Positions 29,850 through 43,331 of a stretch of 64,000 nucleotides of DNA are shown here, one piece after another. The notes under the pieces are model-generated. The model had not been told where the DNA came from, did no database searches, and was given only the letters and a program-made list of their open reading frames with translations. The stretch comes from the human T2T-CHM13v2.0 reference genome, Homo sapiens: NCBI RefSeq assembly GCF_009914755.1, contig NC_060928.1, one strand, 5' to 3'. Position 1 is the first letter of the stretch, and each line of letters opens with the position of its first letter. The position numbers and the translations under genes were made by a program.

Positions 29850-31929
29850 TTTACTTCCCTACTTTTCCTGGAAAAGTTGTTTTGCTGAGTAGTTGCACAT
29901 TCAAATTTCATTGTCTTTTAATAGTTAATCATGAATATTTAAATATTATTCTTTTAACTGTCACTTTTGATTTTCAAAAAAGTATCATTAATGTCATCAG
30001 CAATAAATTACATCAGGCAACTCAAGCTCTCTGAAGTTTGGTTTCTTTTAATAAATGAGAGATATTAATATAATAAATGGAAATAGTAAAACATGTCTTG
30101 GTCACTGTACAGTATTTTATTTGAAAGAGCAAATGAGAGACACATATAAGAAACAAGATGGTATGCAAATACCAGGAGTTACACATGATCTCTAGACTAT
30201 TTAGATTTTTGTCTTTTTGTTTTGTTTGCTTTTTCTTCTTTTTTCTGGCATCTTTTGGATTGAGCAACTTGAAAGTGGGCTTTCTGCCACCTCACCTAAA
30301 TCTCTCCAGATTCCCCCAAATGTGCACAATCAAACATTCCATCTGAAAAAGAGAACTTTCAGCAACCAAGATTATGTTATTAAAAAGTAAGTTCTAGAGA
30401 ATGGACTTTCAGCTGTTTTTGGCTTTCACTCTCATATCCAAGGCAGTAAGGAGAATAGAAAACAGGGCTGTATATTCAATTAAATCAGGACTATATAAAA
30501 CATAGAACTGCTAAACAAAATGAAATGTTTCTAAAATCAATGAAGTGATATTCAGGACACTGTATAAATAAGTTGCCTCCAGTTGCAGATCTTAAAAAAG
30601 TGACTCAAGAACACTCTTTTCCAATGTAATACAGACATACAGGGCTTCTTTTTTTAGGACAGACCCTAGTTTAGATTTTAAAGAAGCAATGGTTCCAGAA
30701 TCAAGAGATAAACCTCATGCACAATTTTTGCACTAAACAATTTGTTGGTGAAGTAGGAAGGTGCTGTGGGATGAATTCTGCACTGTGCTTAGTTCACTAT
30801 TAATACTCTGAGCTTCAGATGAGAAGTATGGGTTAAAATAACATATGTAATACACAGTAATTGAAATATGTTCAACACACATGCCAGCTTGGATTCTCAT
30901 TAACACGAGGGAGAACTAAATTCTTAAAACAAAGTGAAGAAAAGGGAAAAAGGGAACCATCACATAAGCTCTGCAAAGGTATTACAAAATAAAAGTAGGA
31001 AAATAACACGAATACATACACACACACACACACAACCAAATAGATTAGGAACATCATCAGAACAAAAATGTTGCTACCAAGTAGGTAAAAACATACCAAA
31101 TATGTATCCAAGAATAAAAATATAAAGAACAAATAAAAGTAAAATTATTTCTAGTATGAGAAGACAAAATAGATGTAGAAAAGCTTCCTAAAGAGAGGAC
31201 AAAATAATTGATGGCTATGAAAATAAAAAAAATATATTCTACAAATGAAAGACGAGTTAACCATTTGAGTGTAGATATAGCTGAAATTATAGTAAGAGAC
31301 TTTTTCTTAGTCCAAGTACCATAGAAAATAAAACCTAATGGGGAAAACATGTGCTAATACTTTGTCATGTGTATTTTGGGTAACAAGAGAACTTGGGTCT
31401 AGAGTATGATAAAAAGAAAATACATGATAATGAACTACTGAGTTTCACAGAAAACATAACCGGTTGTTTCAAAGTATAGGGCATCTACAGAAAGGCTGTC
31501 TGAGAATACTATACCTCAGAACATTCTGACAAGGAGAAAGAGAAACAGAAATTGATCTGCTGGTTCTTTCTAATCTTTCTTTCCCTGTTGGACAAATTAG
31601 GCTCATGGGATATTTACTTTTCTTCCCTTCTGATTTATGCTACATGACCCCATCAAGAAGTATCTGGGCAAACCAAATTGCATGTCTTATGATGCAGACA
31701 CTTCATTTTGACTCTGGGAGGAATAAGAGGAAACAGTTTTCATGGATCCAGTTGGTTGAGCTTACATGTGGGAATTCTTTCAACCTATTATGGCCAGAGG
31801 AATGGAAGCTGGCCATCCTCTCAGGGGATGATAAGATAACCACAGGCATTAATAGATGGGCAAGTCAAAACCTGGAAGGCAGGTGTGGCCAGATAAATCT
31901 GGGAAGACTCATAAATTAAGTGCAAAAAT

Positions 31930-34361
31930 CAATCCATTTCACTACTCATATCTAGTGTCCTCTATGATATCTGGTACTATATGAATATCTGAGAAGGAGA
32001 TACTCTCACTTCATCCTTGAAAGAAGCAATAAAATGGTTAACAATGATTAAAAAATAAGGTACAGTCTTCACTGCTGCAGCTCTCTCAGGACTACAAATT
32101 ATCATCTCTGCCTCCATAAGCCATTCTACATTCACCATACCTGCTGGTAGCATTTAGCTTCCCCTGGTTGTTTGCCTTGTAGAATAGCATGGACCTTCAT
32201 CCTCATGGTTTCTGAAGCGTTAGTTGCCTTGTTTTGTCAGGTTACAGTTGTTGAATTGCCCTATTCACAGTTATTGCTGAAATTGGAACCATCAAGAGAT
32301 ATTCAATGAATCTACTGAATTCCAGATGTATTTCTCCCTTTATTCTGTGTATTAGCAGCCCTAGATCCTAATAAATGTGGTCGATTATCCCAGGAAGAGC
32401 AATGACTCCTTTCTTCATTCTCTGGTTCCTTGGTATTAGTCATAGTCTAAGAAAAACCCTTACTGTCTTTCTCAGCCAAATTATCTATCCCTCCTACCCC
32501 ACTACCATCACCAGAAACTAGAATCTCAAATCTATCATATGCTAAGAATAAATGGAAGAGAAGAACAAATTAGAAATATTTAGGCAAGGTGTTTCTGCTA
32601 CTTGGTCTGAGACCTGCATATTCTATTAACACAGCAGCATATACTGGTCATCAGTATAGTGATTATGTTTTATCCTGTAGAAGAGCACTTCAACAATGCA
32701 AGATATGCCTGGGTTGAGCCTTAGCTGTCTGTTCGGTATTCCATTCAGCCATCCTTTCAGGTCAGTTGTATTTGAATGATGTTACACATTGTAATGAGTT
32801 CATTGTTGCATGCCTTGGTCTAAGACAATCTGTGTGAGGTATATAAATGCAGAAGGCATTGTGTAAGCCCTAAGGTGGTATTGCTGTTGGAGATACTAGA
32901 GGCTTAGAAGACAAGCCCATATTTAGAATATGAATCACTTTGCTATGTAAGAATTATTATACCACTTAATGTGGAATGGGCCTGATGTAATCAACAGGCT
33001 CCTGGTGTCTGGTGTAGGAGCTCAGCATCAGTCTCTGCCCATAGCAAGTTGGGCACTCAGTAGTGATAGTATCTAGGTTAGTCTTTATGTGAAAGAGCCA
33101 TGTTATTGATACCACATGTATCCTTGATGTCTGCCACCATGGCCACTGTCTTAACTCAATTATCTGAACACTAGAGTTACTAAGGACAGAAGAAGACTAA
33201 GTCATTAACTCTACCTGCTCACTGAGAGCATCCTCTGATGTGAATGCTTTCTAAGCAACATTGATATGAGACACAACTGGTGATGTTTGTGGTCTCTTCA
33301 ACTTCATAACACCAGTTCCAGTTCTTAATTTTTTTTTCTAGGCTTCTGAACAAACAAGCAAGTCTACTCACCACTCACCAGAATTCATTGTACATAACTC
33401 ACCTATGGCTTTCTCCAGGGAGAACCCATGTCTCTGCCTATTGGAAGGATTTTTTCAACACTGTCTTCAAGGACCCTCTTCACCGAGGCTCTAATATGGA
33501 AGCAGCCCAATTTTTACTAGGGCAAATAGATCTCGTTTATCGTCTTGGGGATTAGACCTATAACATGTCCTTGTCCATTTATTGGTCATTGGAAACCTTT
33601 CCACAAACCGTGGTTGTGAGTTGAGAGAAAGGCTTTGGGGTACCAGCACTGCATGTAGTCAAGTCTGAACCATCTGTTAGAGGCTAATCCAGGATGCAGG
33701 ACTTCCACTTATGAAAAGTCTTGCTTCTGTGCCTGCCTGACTTTGTAATTCAGTGGATCTAATTGTGCATAGATCGTGATGAGCATGTCAGGTTACTATG
33801 TCTTATCTCACTGTCAGGTTCTCTATCTTTACTAGGGTGTAGTACAAGGCCAAGAGTGTTTTGCCAAACCAAGCATAGTTTTTGACTGCAGAAAACATGC
33901 TTTAAAACTCTGGAAGTAAGTGCTATAGTGATCATATGAGGGCTCACAGAAGACTTCACCTATGATTTTTAACCACCACAGATACATAAACTACTATCTT
34001 ATTTGCTAGGCCATGTGGCAAAAGAGGCAGTAAAGCTTACACTAGAGCATGGGACTGCCACTGATCTCTTTACTGCCTTGGGTCCTACTTTAAATTGGCA
34101 GCCTTCTGTGTGACCCAGTAAATATTCCTGAGTGTAGCATGTCTTCCTAAGTTCAGAGGCTCACCAAGCTCTTTGACTTTTCACAGTGGTAGGTGTTATG
34201 GGAAGGAGGGATGAAAACATGTCTTTTTCCTTTGTGGGGATGTGCCAGCATGCCTCAGATGACTGTACTCCTAAAAGTTTCATCAATGTATCATGCATCT
34301 GAATTTTCATGAAGTTTATTTCTTACACTCCGGCACATATATTTCTTACAAGGACATCTAG
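31930..34361 (-). mobile_element. Ancient ERVL-class internal region (pol: RT end to integrase; ERVL-E-int or ERV3-16A3-like), 5'-truncated, with a possible degraded 3' LTR at ~31560-31930
   Basis: Minus translation from 34361, 'LDVLVRNICAGV*EINFMKIQMHDTLMKLLGVQSSEACWHIPTKEKD', aligns by eye to HERVL RT '[47 protein letters not shown]'. A degenerate PPT-like sequence lies near 31930-31950. Confidence 0.75.
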
Positions 34362-34836
34362 CTCCATAGAAAGAAAAATGAATGATATAAACAGAACACT
34401 AAAAATACAAATGGCTCTTGAACATTAAAAGATTTTCAGCCTCATTTACAAGAAGAGATATGCAAATTAAAATTACACTCTGATACTATGTTCTGTCTCT
34501 TCAGATCATCAAAGAACAAAAAGTCTGTGTTAGAGTGAGAAATAGGTTCACTTACATGTTGCTGAATATAAATCAGAAAAATGTCTATGACAGTCAATTT
34601 AGCAATATCTATCAAAATTTTAAATGTGCAATCTAGCAATTTCTTTTTTTCATAATTTATTCTACTGGTAACTTGCATGTGAATAAAATTACATATGTGA
34701 AACATTATGAAGTAGAGCTTGTTTATAATTGACAAATTAAACATGATTTAACAAAAGGCTGGATAAATTAAGTCATTCAAAAGACAAAGACTTTTAGAAA
34801 GAATGATATAGATTATTAACTGCTGATAATGAATGA

Positions 34837-34840
<4 letters not shown>

Positions 34841-34890
<50 letters not shown>
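34841..34890. repeat. Perfect (AT)25 microsatellite
   Basis: Counted from the sequence. Confidence 0.97.
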
Positions 34891-35188
<298 letters not shown>

Positions 35189-35304
35189 CAAAATATATTT
35201 TTAAGCGAAAAAACAAGGCTCTGAACAATGTGTATGGCATGCTATTATTTTCATTTGTCTCTGTGTTTATGAAGAATCACTGAAACAAAGCTCAAGAATC
35301 TCAT

Positions 35305-38180
35305 TATTTTTTATATGTATAAATTTATGAAGTCCAAGTGCCATTTTGTTATATGCACATAGATTGCATACTAGTGAAGTCAGGGCTTTTCAGGTATGTA
35401 TCTATCACCTGAGTAACATATATTGTGATTTTTAAGTCCTTTCTCATCATTCAGTCCTCCTCACCCCCCCGTACCCTTCCAAGTCTCCATTGTCTATCAT
35501 TCCACACTCTACATCCATGTGTACACATTATTTAGCTCCTACTTACAAGTGAGAACATGCAGTATTTGTCTTTCTGTATCTGACTTGTTTCACTTAAAAT
35601 GTCCTCCAATTACATTATTGTTGCTGCAAAAGACATGATTTCATTATTTTAATGGTTGAATAGTATTCCATTGTGCATATATACCATCTTTTGTTTATCC
35701 AGTCATCTGTGGATGGGCATTTAGGTTGAGTTCATATTTTTGCTAGTGAATAGTGCTGTGATAAGCATACAAGTGCAGGTATCTTTTGTATATAATAATG
35801 TTTTTCCTTGCCTGGGATTTCTGAATTAATTGGAAGTTCCATTTTTGGTTCTTTGAAAAATCTCTGTATTATTTTTCATAGACATTTTACTAATTCACAT
35901 TCTCACCAACAGTGTATAAGAGTTCCCTTATCTCTGCATTCTTGCCAACATCTGTTATTTTTTGATGTTTTAATATTAGCCATTCTGACTAAGCTGATAT
36001 CTCATTGTAGTTTTCATTTGCATTTCTCTGACGATTAGCGATGTTAAGTATTTTTTTATATAGCTGTTGGCCATTTGTGTGTCTTCTTTTGAAAAATTTC
36101 TATTCATATAATTTTCCCACTTTCAATGGAAATATTTTTTGTTGTTGAATTGCTTGAGTTCTTTCTATATTCTGGATATTAGGTCCCTTGTTAGATGCAT
36201 ATTTTACAATATTTTCTCTCATTCTGAAGATTATCTGTTCACTCTGTTGATTATTTCTTTTGCCATGCAGAAACTTTTTAGTTTAATTTTCTCATTTGTC
36301 TAGTTTTGTTGCTTGTGCTTTTGAGTCTTACAGATGAGTTCTTTCCCTAGATCAATGTCCTTAAAAGTATTCCCTATCTTTTATTCCAGTATAATATTTT
36401 TATAGTTACTGGTCTTACATTTAAGTACTTAATCCATCTTGAGGTTATTTTTATATATAGTGAGAGATAGGGGTTCAGTTTCATTCTTCTACACTTGGAA
36501 AACCAATTTCCCAACACAATTTATTGAAAAAAATGTCCTTTTCCCAGTGTATGTTCTTACTGAATTTGTCAAAGATTGGTTAGCTATGAAAATATTGCTT
36601 TATTTCTGGGTTCTGTATTCTGTTCCATTTCTCTACATGTCCATTTTTACACAGTGCCAGGCTGTTTTGGTTATGACAGTCTTATAGTACAATTTGAAGT
36701 CAGGTAATATGATACCTCCAGCTTTGTTCTTTGTGCTTAGGATTGTCTTTGGCTATTCAGTTTCTTTTTTCTTTTTTTTTGATTCCATATGAATTTTAGG
36801 ATTTTTTTCTAATTCTCTTAAAAATGACATTGATATTGTGATAGAGATTGCATTGAATCTGTAGATTGTTTTTGGCAGTTTGGTCATTTACAATATAAAT
36901 TTTTCCAATATCTGAGCATGGGCTATTTTCCATTTATTTGTGTCATCTACAATTTCTTTCATTAGTGTTTTGTACTTTTCCTTCTTGAGATCTTTCAACT
37001 CCTTTGTTAAATATATTCCTAAATATCTCTTTTTTTGGTGGCTATTGTAAATGGCATAGCCTTCTTGATTTTGCACCCAGCTAGATCATTATTGGTATAT
37101 GGAAATGTTACTGATTTTGTAGTTTGACTTTTGTATCCTGCAACTTTACTAACTTATTGATCAAATCTGAGAGCTTTTTCGTGGATTCTTCAAGTTTTTC
37201 TAGATATAAGGTCATATCATCAGCAAACAGGGACAATTTGACTTTCTCTTTTCCCATTTGGATGCCTTGTATTTTTTCCCTTTCCTAATTGCTCTGACTA
37301 GGACTTCCAGTGCTATGTTGAATAGAAGTGATGAAAGTGAGCATCCCTGTCTTGTTGTAGCACGTAGAGCAAATGTTTTCAACTTTTTCCCATTCAATAT
37401 AAGTTTGACAGTGGGTTTGCCATATATGGCCTTTATTATTTTAAAGTATGTTCCTTTTATGCCCAGTTTGTTGATAGTTTTTATCATAAAGCGGTTCTGA
37501 ATTTTATCAGGTCTTCTTCTGTGTCTATTGAGATGATCATATTGTTTTTCTCCTTCATTCTGTGGAAGTAATGTATCACATTTTTTGATTTATATATATT
37601 GAACCACTCTTGAATCTCTAGCATAAAACTCCCTCTTGATCATGGTGTATTATCTTTTTGATGTGCCGTTGAATTCAGTGTGCTGGTATTTTTTTAGGTG
37701 ATTTTTGCATCTATGTTCATCAGGGATATTGGTCTGTAGTTTCTTTGCGTGTGTGTGTCCTTGCCTGGTTTTGTTATTAGAGTTATACTGGCCTCATAGA
37801 ATGAGTTAGGGATAATTCTCTCCTCAATTTTTGGGAACAGTTTCAGGAGGATTGGCATTAGTTGTTCTTTGTATGTTTGGTAGAATTTGGCTCTGAATCC
37901 ATCTGGTCCTGGGCTCTTTTTTTCTTGGGAAAATGTTTATTACTGATTCCATCTTACTACTATTTTTTGGTCTGTCTGGGTTTTCTATTTCTTCCCTGGT
38001 CCAATTTTGAGAGGTTGTACAATTCCAGGAATGTATCAATTGCTCTAGGTTTTATAGTTGGTGAGTGTATAGTTGTTCATATTTAGTCTCTGATGATCTT
38101 TTGTATTTCTGTGGCATCAGTTGTAATGTCTCATTTTTCATTTCTGATGTTTATTTAGCTCTTTTTTTTTCATTAGTCTA
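35305..38180 (-). mobile_element. 5'-truncated L1MA1/L1PB4-like LINE-1 (~2.9 kb)
   Basis: 3'UTR 'catagattgcatactagtgaagtcagggcttt'; ORF2 RT fragments (37212-37487 '[22 protein letters not shown]'); possible TSD 'tctcatt..tttt' at ~35299 and ~38183. Confidence 0.88.
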
Positions 38181-38515
38181 GTCTCATTGCTTTTAAAAAT
38201 GGTTTCCTCATAGGAGGGCAATTGAGTGTCTCTATGACAAGAATGTAAAAGCAACTTACAATTTGACGTATACTTAGCTGTACATTTAAAATCTTTACTA
38301 TGTGCATATATTATTTAATAAACAAATGGAAAATAAATTCCACATAATCTAATTTAAAACTTCAATCATATCTAATTCAAAGCTTCTTCCATCTCTCTAT
38401 CTCAGGTCTGAGCAAGGGCTTGGAAACTTGCAGTGGGAAAGAGAGTAAGATTTTCTTATTCGTTTTCTCTGCATCTTCTACTTGCTGCTAGTTCTTCATA
38501 ACCAAGATGGGGGAG

Positions 38516-38900
38516 TGTGATGGTTAATTTTAGGTATCAACTTGACTAGATTAAGGAATACCTAAAGAATTGGTAAAGCATTATTTCTGGGTGTGTCTGT
38601 GAAGTTGTTTCCAGAGGAGACTGGCATGCAAGTCAGTGGTCTAAGTGGGGAAGATCCTGCCTGAATGTGAGTGAGCACCACCCAATTAGCTGGGGTCTTG
38701 GAAAGAAAAAAGGCAGAGGAAAGGCTAATAATTACCTGTCTCTTTCTCCTGGAACTGAAACACCCTCTTCTCCTGCTGTTGGACATTGAAATTCTAGGAT
38801 CTTTAACCTTTGGACTCCAAGACTTATGCCAGTGGCTTCCCCTAGGTTCAGGTCCTTAGCCTCAGACTGAGAGTTTCACCACTGGCTTCTCCTGTTCTGA
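38516..38900 (+). mobile_element. MLT2B-like ERVL LTR, 3'-truncated
   Basis: Starts 'tgtgatggttaattttaggtatcaacttgactagattaaggaatacc...gggtgtgtctgtga'. Confidence 0.85.
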
Positions 38901-38909
38901 ATTATTTCT

Positions 38910-39650
38910 ATTTCATTGGCCATTTCTCTTGTGTTTCCTCCTCATCTGTATCTCCAAACAGTGCAATATCTCAGGCCTCAGTCAATACCTCCTTGACACG
39001 ACCTTTTCTCCCTAGGTGAGCTCATCCAAACTCATTGTTTAAAATACCTTTTGCACTTTGATGACTCCAAAGTTTATAGCTCAAATTCAGATCTCTCCTG
39101 GTCCACATTAAACTGCTAATTTTATCTCCACTTTGGATATAAATAGACATCTTTAACAAGTTAAAAATATCTCTTGAACCCCTCTTTCTTTCCTCAACCC
39201 TACTTTTTTTCCTGTGTACTACTCCATTTCAGTAAAAAGCAACTCCAGTCATTTGGATTTATTTGTGATTCCCATTTTTATTTCATATCCCACCAGTGAA
39301 TCTGTTGGTGCTAACATTAAAATATATTTCAAGTCTGTCTTCTTCTCCTGATATCTACCACTAACTCCCTGGATCAATTCATCATCATTTCTTGCCTGGA
39401 TTATTTTAGTTGCCTGCTGACAATCTGCCTCCACCTTTGCAACCTTTTATCTGCATTGTTGACAGATTGTTCCCTTAAAACATAGGACAGACATTTTCAG
39501 TTCCTTTCTTGTAACACCAAAATATTCAAAAAATTTACTTTCTCACTCATAGTAATCAATTAAAAAAAAGCCTGCAAAAGCTTTATGTAATCATTCCCTT
39601 AACTGTCTCTTTGACTTCACTCAGGCTTGCTCACTTCAGTCATGTTCTCC
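38910..39650 (+). mobile_element. L2 (L2a-like) ORF2 3' fragment
   Basis: 'ctaggtgagctcatccaaactcattgtttaaaatacc...tgatgactccaaa' is a degenerate L2 RT segment (GDLI...YADDSQ); 'catcatttcttgcctggattatt' follows. Confidence 0.75.
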
Positions 39651-39830
39651 ACAATCCCTAGTGTCCATTAAGATGTAGGAAGCTTCTTCCACAAAGAGGT
39701 GGTATCAATCCCTCCATCCCTTCAGATGGGGGCGGATGGCAGGTGGCTTGCAAAATTATTTGGCCAGAAGAGTGTAATGAATGTGACATCAGATCAGTTT
39801 TGAGCTTAGGCCTCAAGAAACTTACATACC

Positions 39831-42381
39831 GCCTCTCCCTCTCCCTCTCCCTCTCCCTCACGGTCTCCTTCTCTTGCCGAGCCTGGACTGTACTACCATG
39901 ATCTCGGCTCGCTGCAACCTCCCTGCCTCGGGCTCCTGTGATTCTCCTGCCTCGGCCTGCCGAGTGCCTGGGATTCCAGGCACGCGCCGCCACTCCTGAC
40001 TGGTTTTTGTATTTTTGGTGGAGACGGGGTTTTGCAGTGTTGACTGGGCTGGTCTCCAGCTCCTGGCCTCGGGTGATCTGCCCACCTCGGCCTCCCAAGG
40101 TGCTGGGATTGCAGACGGAGTCTCGCTCACTCAATGCTCAATGTTGCCCAGGCTGGAGTGCAGTGGCGTTATCTTGGCTCGCTACAACCTCCACCTCCCA
40201 GCCCTCTGCCTTGGCCTCCCAAAGTGCTAAGATTACAGCCTCTGCCTGCCACCCCATCTAGGAAGAGAGCAGCGTCTCTGCCTGGCCACCCATCGTCTGG
40301 GATGTGAGGAGCGCCTCTGCCCGGCTGCCCCATCTGGGAACTGAGGAGTGCTTCTGCCCGGCCGCCACCCCGTCTAGGAAGTGAGGAGCGCCTCTGCCCG
40401 GCTGCCCCTAATGGGAAGTGAGGAGCGCCTCTGCCCAGCTGCCTTGTCTGGGATGTGAGGAGTGCCTCTGCCCAGCCACCACCCCGTCTGGGAGGTGGGG
40501 AGCGCCTCTTCCCGGCCACCCCATCTGGGAGGTGGGGAGTGCCTCTGCCTGGCTGCCCCATCTGGGAACTGAGGAGCGCCTCTACCTGGCCACCCCATCT
40601 GAGAGGTGAAGAGCGCCTCTGCCTGGCAGCCGCCCCGTCTGAGAGGTGAGGAGCTCCTCTGCCCGGCAGCCGCCCCGTCTGGGAAGTGAGGAGCGTCTCT
40701 GCCCAGCCGCCCCATCTGGGAAGTGGGGAGCGCCTCTGCCCCGTTGCCCTTCATCTGGGAGGTGAGGAGCACCTCTGCCCCGCCGCCCTGTCTGAGAGAT
40801 GAGGAGCGCCTCTGCTCGGCCGCCCCATCTGGGATGTGAGGAGCGCCTCTGCCCGGCCGCCACCCCGTCTGGGAGGCAAGGAGCGCCTCTGACTGGCAGC
40901 CCCGTCTGGGAACTGAGGGGCGCCTCCGCCTGGCTGCCACCCCGTCTGGGAAGTGGGGAGCGCCTCTGCTCGGCCGCCCCATCTGGGAAGTGAGGAGCAT
41001 CTCTGCCTGGCCGCCCCATCTGGGAGGAAGTGAGGAGCGCCTCTGCCCGGCCGCCCCGTCTGGGAGGTGAGGAGCATCTCTGCCTGGCCGCCCTGTCTGG
41101 GAATTGAGTAGTGCCTCTGCCCGGCCACCCATCGTCTGGGATGTGAGGAGCGCCTCTGCCTGGCTGCCACCCCGTCTGGGAAGTGGGGAGCACCTCTGCC
41201 CGGCAGCCCCGTCTGGGAGGTGAGGAGTGCCTCTGCCCGGCCGCCACCCCCTCTGGGAGGTGAGGAGCACCTCTGCCCGACCGCCCTTCATCTGGGAGGT
41301 GAGGAGCGCCTCTGCCTGGCTGCCCTATCTGGGAGGTGAGGAGCGCCTCTGCCCGGCTGCCCCATCTGGGAGGTGAGGAGCGTCTCTGCCCAGCCACCCC
41401 GTCTGGGAGGTGAGGAGCGTCTCTGCCCAGCCACCCCGTCTGGGAGGTGAGGAGCGTCTCTGCCCAGCCACCCCGTCTGGGAGGTGAGGAGCGTCTCTGC
41501 CCAGCCACCCCGTCTGGGAGGTGAGGAGCGTCTCTGCCCAGCCACCCCGTCTGGGAGGTGAGGAGCGTCTCTGCCCAGCCACCCCGTCTGGGAGGTGAGG
41601 AGCGTCTCTGCCCAGCCACCCCGTCTGGGAGGTGAGGAGCGTCTCTGTCCAGCCACCCCGTCTGGGAGGTGAGGAGTGCCTCTGCCCAGCCACCCATCGT
41701 CTGGGAGGTGAGGAGTGCCTCTGCCCTGCCGCCCCATCTGGGAGGTGAGGAGCACCTCTGCCCGGCCGCCCTGTCTGAGATGTGAGGAGCGCCTCTGCCC
41801 GGCTGCCCCGTCTGGGAAGTGAGGAGCGCCTCTGCCCGGCAGCCCCATCTGGGAGGTGTACCCAACAGCTCCGAAGAGACAGCGACCATCGAGAACGGGC
41901 CATGATGACGATGGCGGTTTTGTTGAAAAGAAAAGGGGGAAATGTGGGGAAAAGAAAAAGAGATCAGATTGTTACTGTGTCTGTGTAGAAAGAAGTAGAT
42001 GTAGGAGACTCCATTTTGTTCTGTACTAAGAAAAATTCTTCTGCCTTGGGATGCTGTTAATCTATAACCTTACCCCCAACCCCGTGCTCTCTGAAACATG
42101 TGCTGTGTCCACTAAGGGTTAAATGGATTAAGGGCAGTGCAAGATGTGCTTTGTTAAACAGATGCTTGAAGGCAGCATGCTCGTTAAGAGTCATCACCAC
42201 TCCCTAACCTCAAGTACCCAGGGACACAAACACTGCGGAAGGCCGCAGAGACCTCTGCCTAGGAAAACCAGAGACTTTTGTTCACGTGTTTATCTGCTGA
42301 CCTTCCCTCCACTATTATCCTATGACCCATCCCCCTCTCTGAGAAACACCCAAGAATGATCAATAAATACTAAAAAAAAAA
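39831..42381 (+). mobile_element. Full-length SVA retrotransposon, SVA_A-like
   Basis: (CCCTCT)n head 39832-39858; antisense Alu-like domain to ~40240; VNTR ~40240-41858; SINE-R retaining 'cagctccgaagagacagcgaccatcgagaacggg' (old-subfamily feature); AATAAA 42362-42367; A tail; perfect TSD aagaaacttacatacc at 39815-39830 and 42382-42397. Confidence 0.96.
40240..41858. repeat. SVA GC-rich VNTR, ~37-40-bp units
   Basis: Repeated 'tctgggaggtgaggagcgcctctgcccggccgccccg' variants. Confidence 0.95.
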
Positions 42382-42914
42382 AAGAAACTTACATACCTCC
42401 ATTCTCCCTCTTGGAACCATGTCCAGCCAACATGCAAATAAACCTCTGGTAGCTTGCTGAATCATGAGAGACATGTGGCCCATTGTTCCAGCCTAAATCC
42501 ATCCAAGCATTAGAGAAGTCAATGAAGCCAATCTAGATTAGCCAGCTCCTAGCTGGACTACCAGTTAACTGTGTAATCCAGAAAGGTGTAGCTGAGTCAG
42601 GCTCAAATCAAACAACTTCCCAACTTACCTGTAGACTCATGAGCAATAATAAGTTTTAAGTGTTGTAGGCCACTAAGTTGTGAGGTGATATAGCCAACTA
42701 ATTCAAGACATCTTTATATGTTGTTTCTATTATCTAGAATATCTACCTATGTTTCCTTATGACTTAGACCATAGAAAGCCCTAAATCATACTGACTCTAA
42801 CAGTTTTTTTCTAAACTCCCTATACTAATTGGTTAACTTCATCCCTTTTCCTTCTATTGTTCTTAGCTGCTTGTGCTCTTCCATAGCACTCATCTTCTCT
42901 GGCTGAGAGTTTTA

Positions 42915-43065
42915 TGTATTCACTGAAAACGTGTTTTTGTTTTGCCTGAGGTAGACAGCTAAACTATATTTCCTAACTTGTTTTGCAGTTAGTTGGGCAT
43001 GGAAGTGACCTCTGTCTAATGGAACATAGACAAAAATAATGTGTATCACTTCTAAGCCTGGCTGG
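42915..43065 (+). mobile_element. MLT1I/J-like fragment
   Basis: 'cagctaaactatatttcc...ttgcagttagttggg...ctaatggaacatagac...cacttctaagcctggc'. Confidence 0.55.
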
Positions 43066-43331
43066 TGACAACTTACTTTTTGCCTATATGACCTCCACGA
43101 TGGTAGAGTCTTTGTTGTTTTTCATCACTTGATCCTTGGCAATTAAAATAGAACATGATACCTAATAATCTCAGTATATATTTTTTGGATAGCTGTATAC
43201 TTTGTAATTTCAGAATGCCAAAACAGAGTTTGATAGAAGTTTCCAGAATTAAGAGAATTTTACTTAGAGAAAAGAAACAGACTGATTGACTTCTCGCAAG
43301 ACATGGAGAATACTAAAAACAAAGGAATAGC

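Larger units (their letters stand above)
39670..42710 (+). mobile_element. MLT1-family LTR (~39670-39830 and 42398-42710) split by the SVA
   Basis: 'ttttgagcttaggcctcaagaaacttacatacc' continues after the SVA as 'tccattctccctcttggaacc...gccactaagttgtgagg'. Confidence 0.7.

Noticed and set aside
40240-41858. Regular ~37-bp repeats resembling a CRISPR array
   Set aside because: Head-to-tail VNTR units with no unique spacers, in a eukaryotic SVA, with no cas genes.
40169-41903. Long minus-strand ORFs (up to 435 aa) rich in R/G/P/A
   Set aside because: They translate the stop-poor SVA VNTR in several overlapping frames; there is no evidence of a gene.
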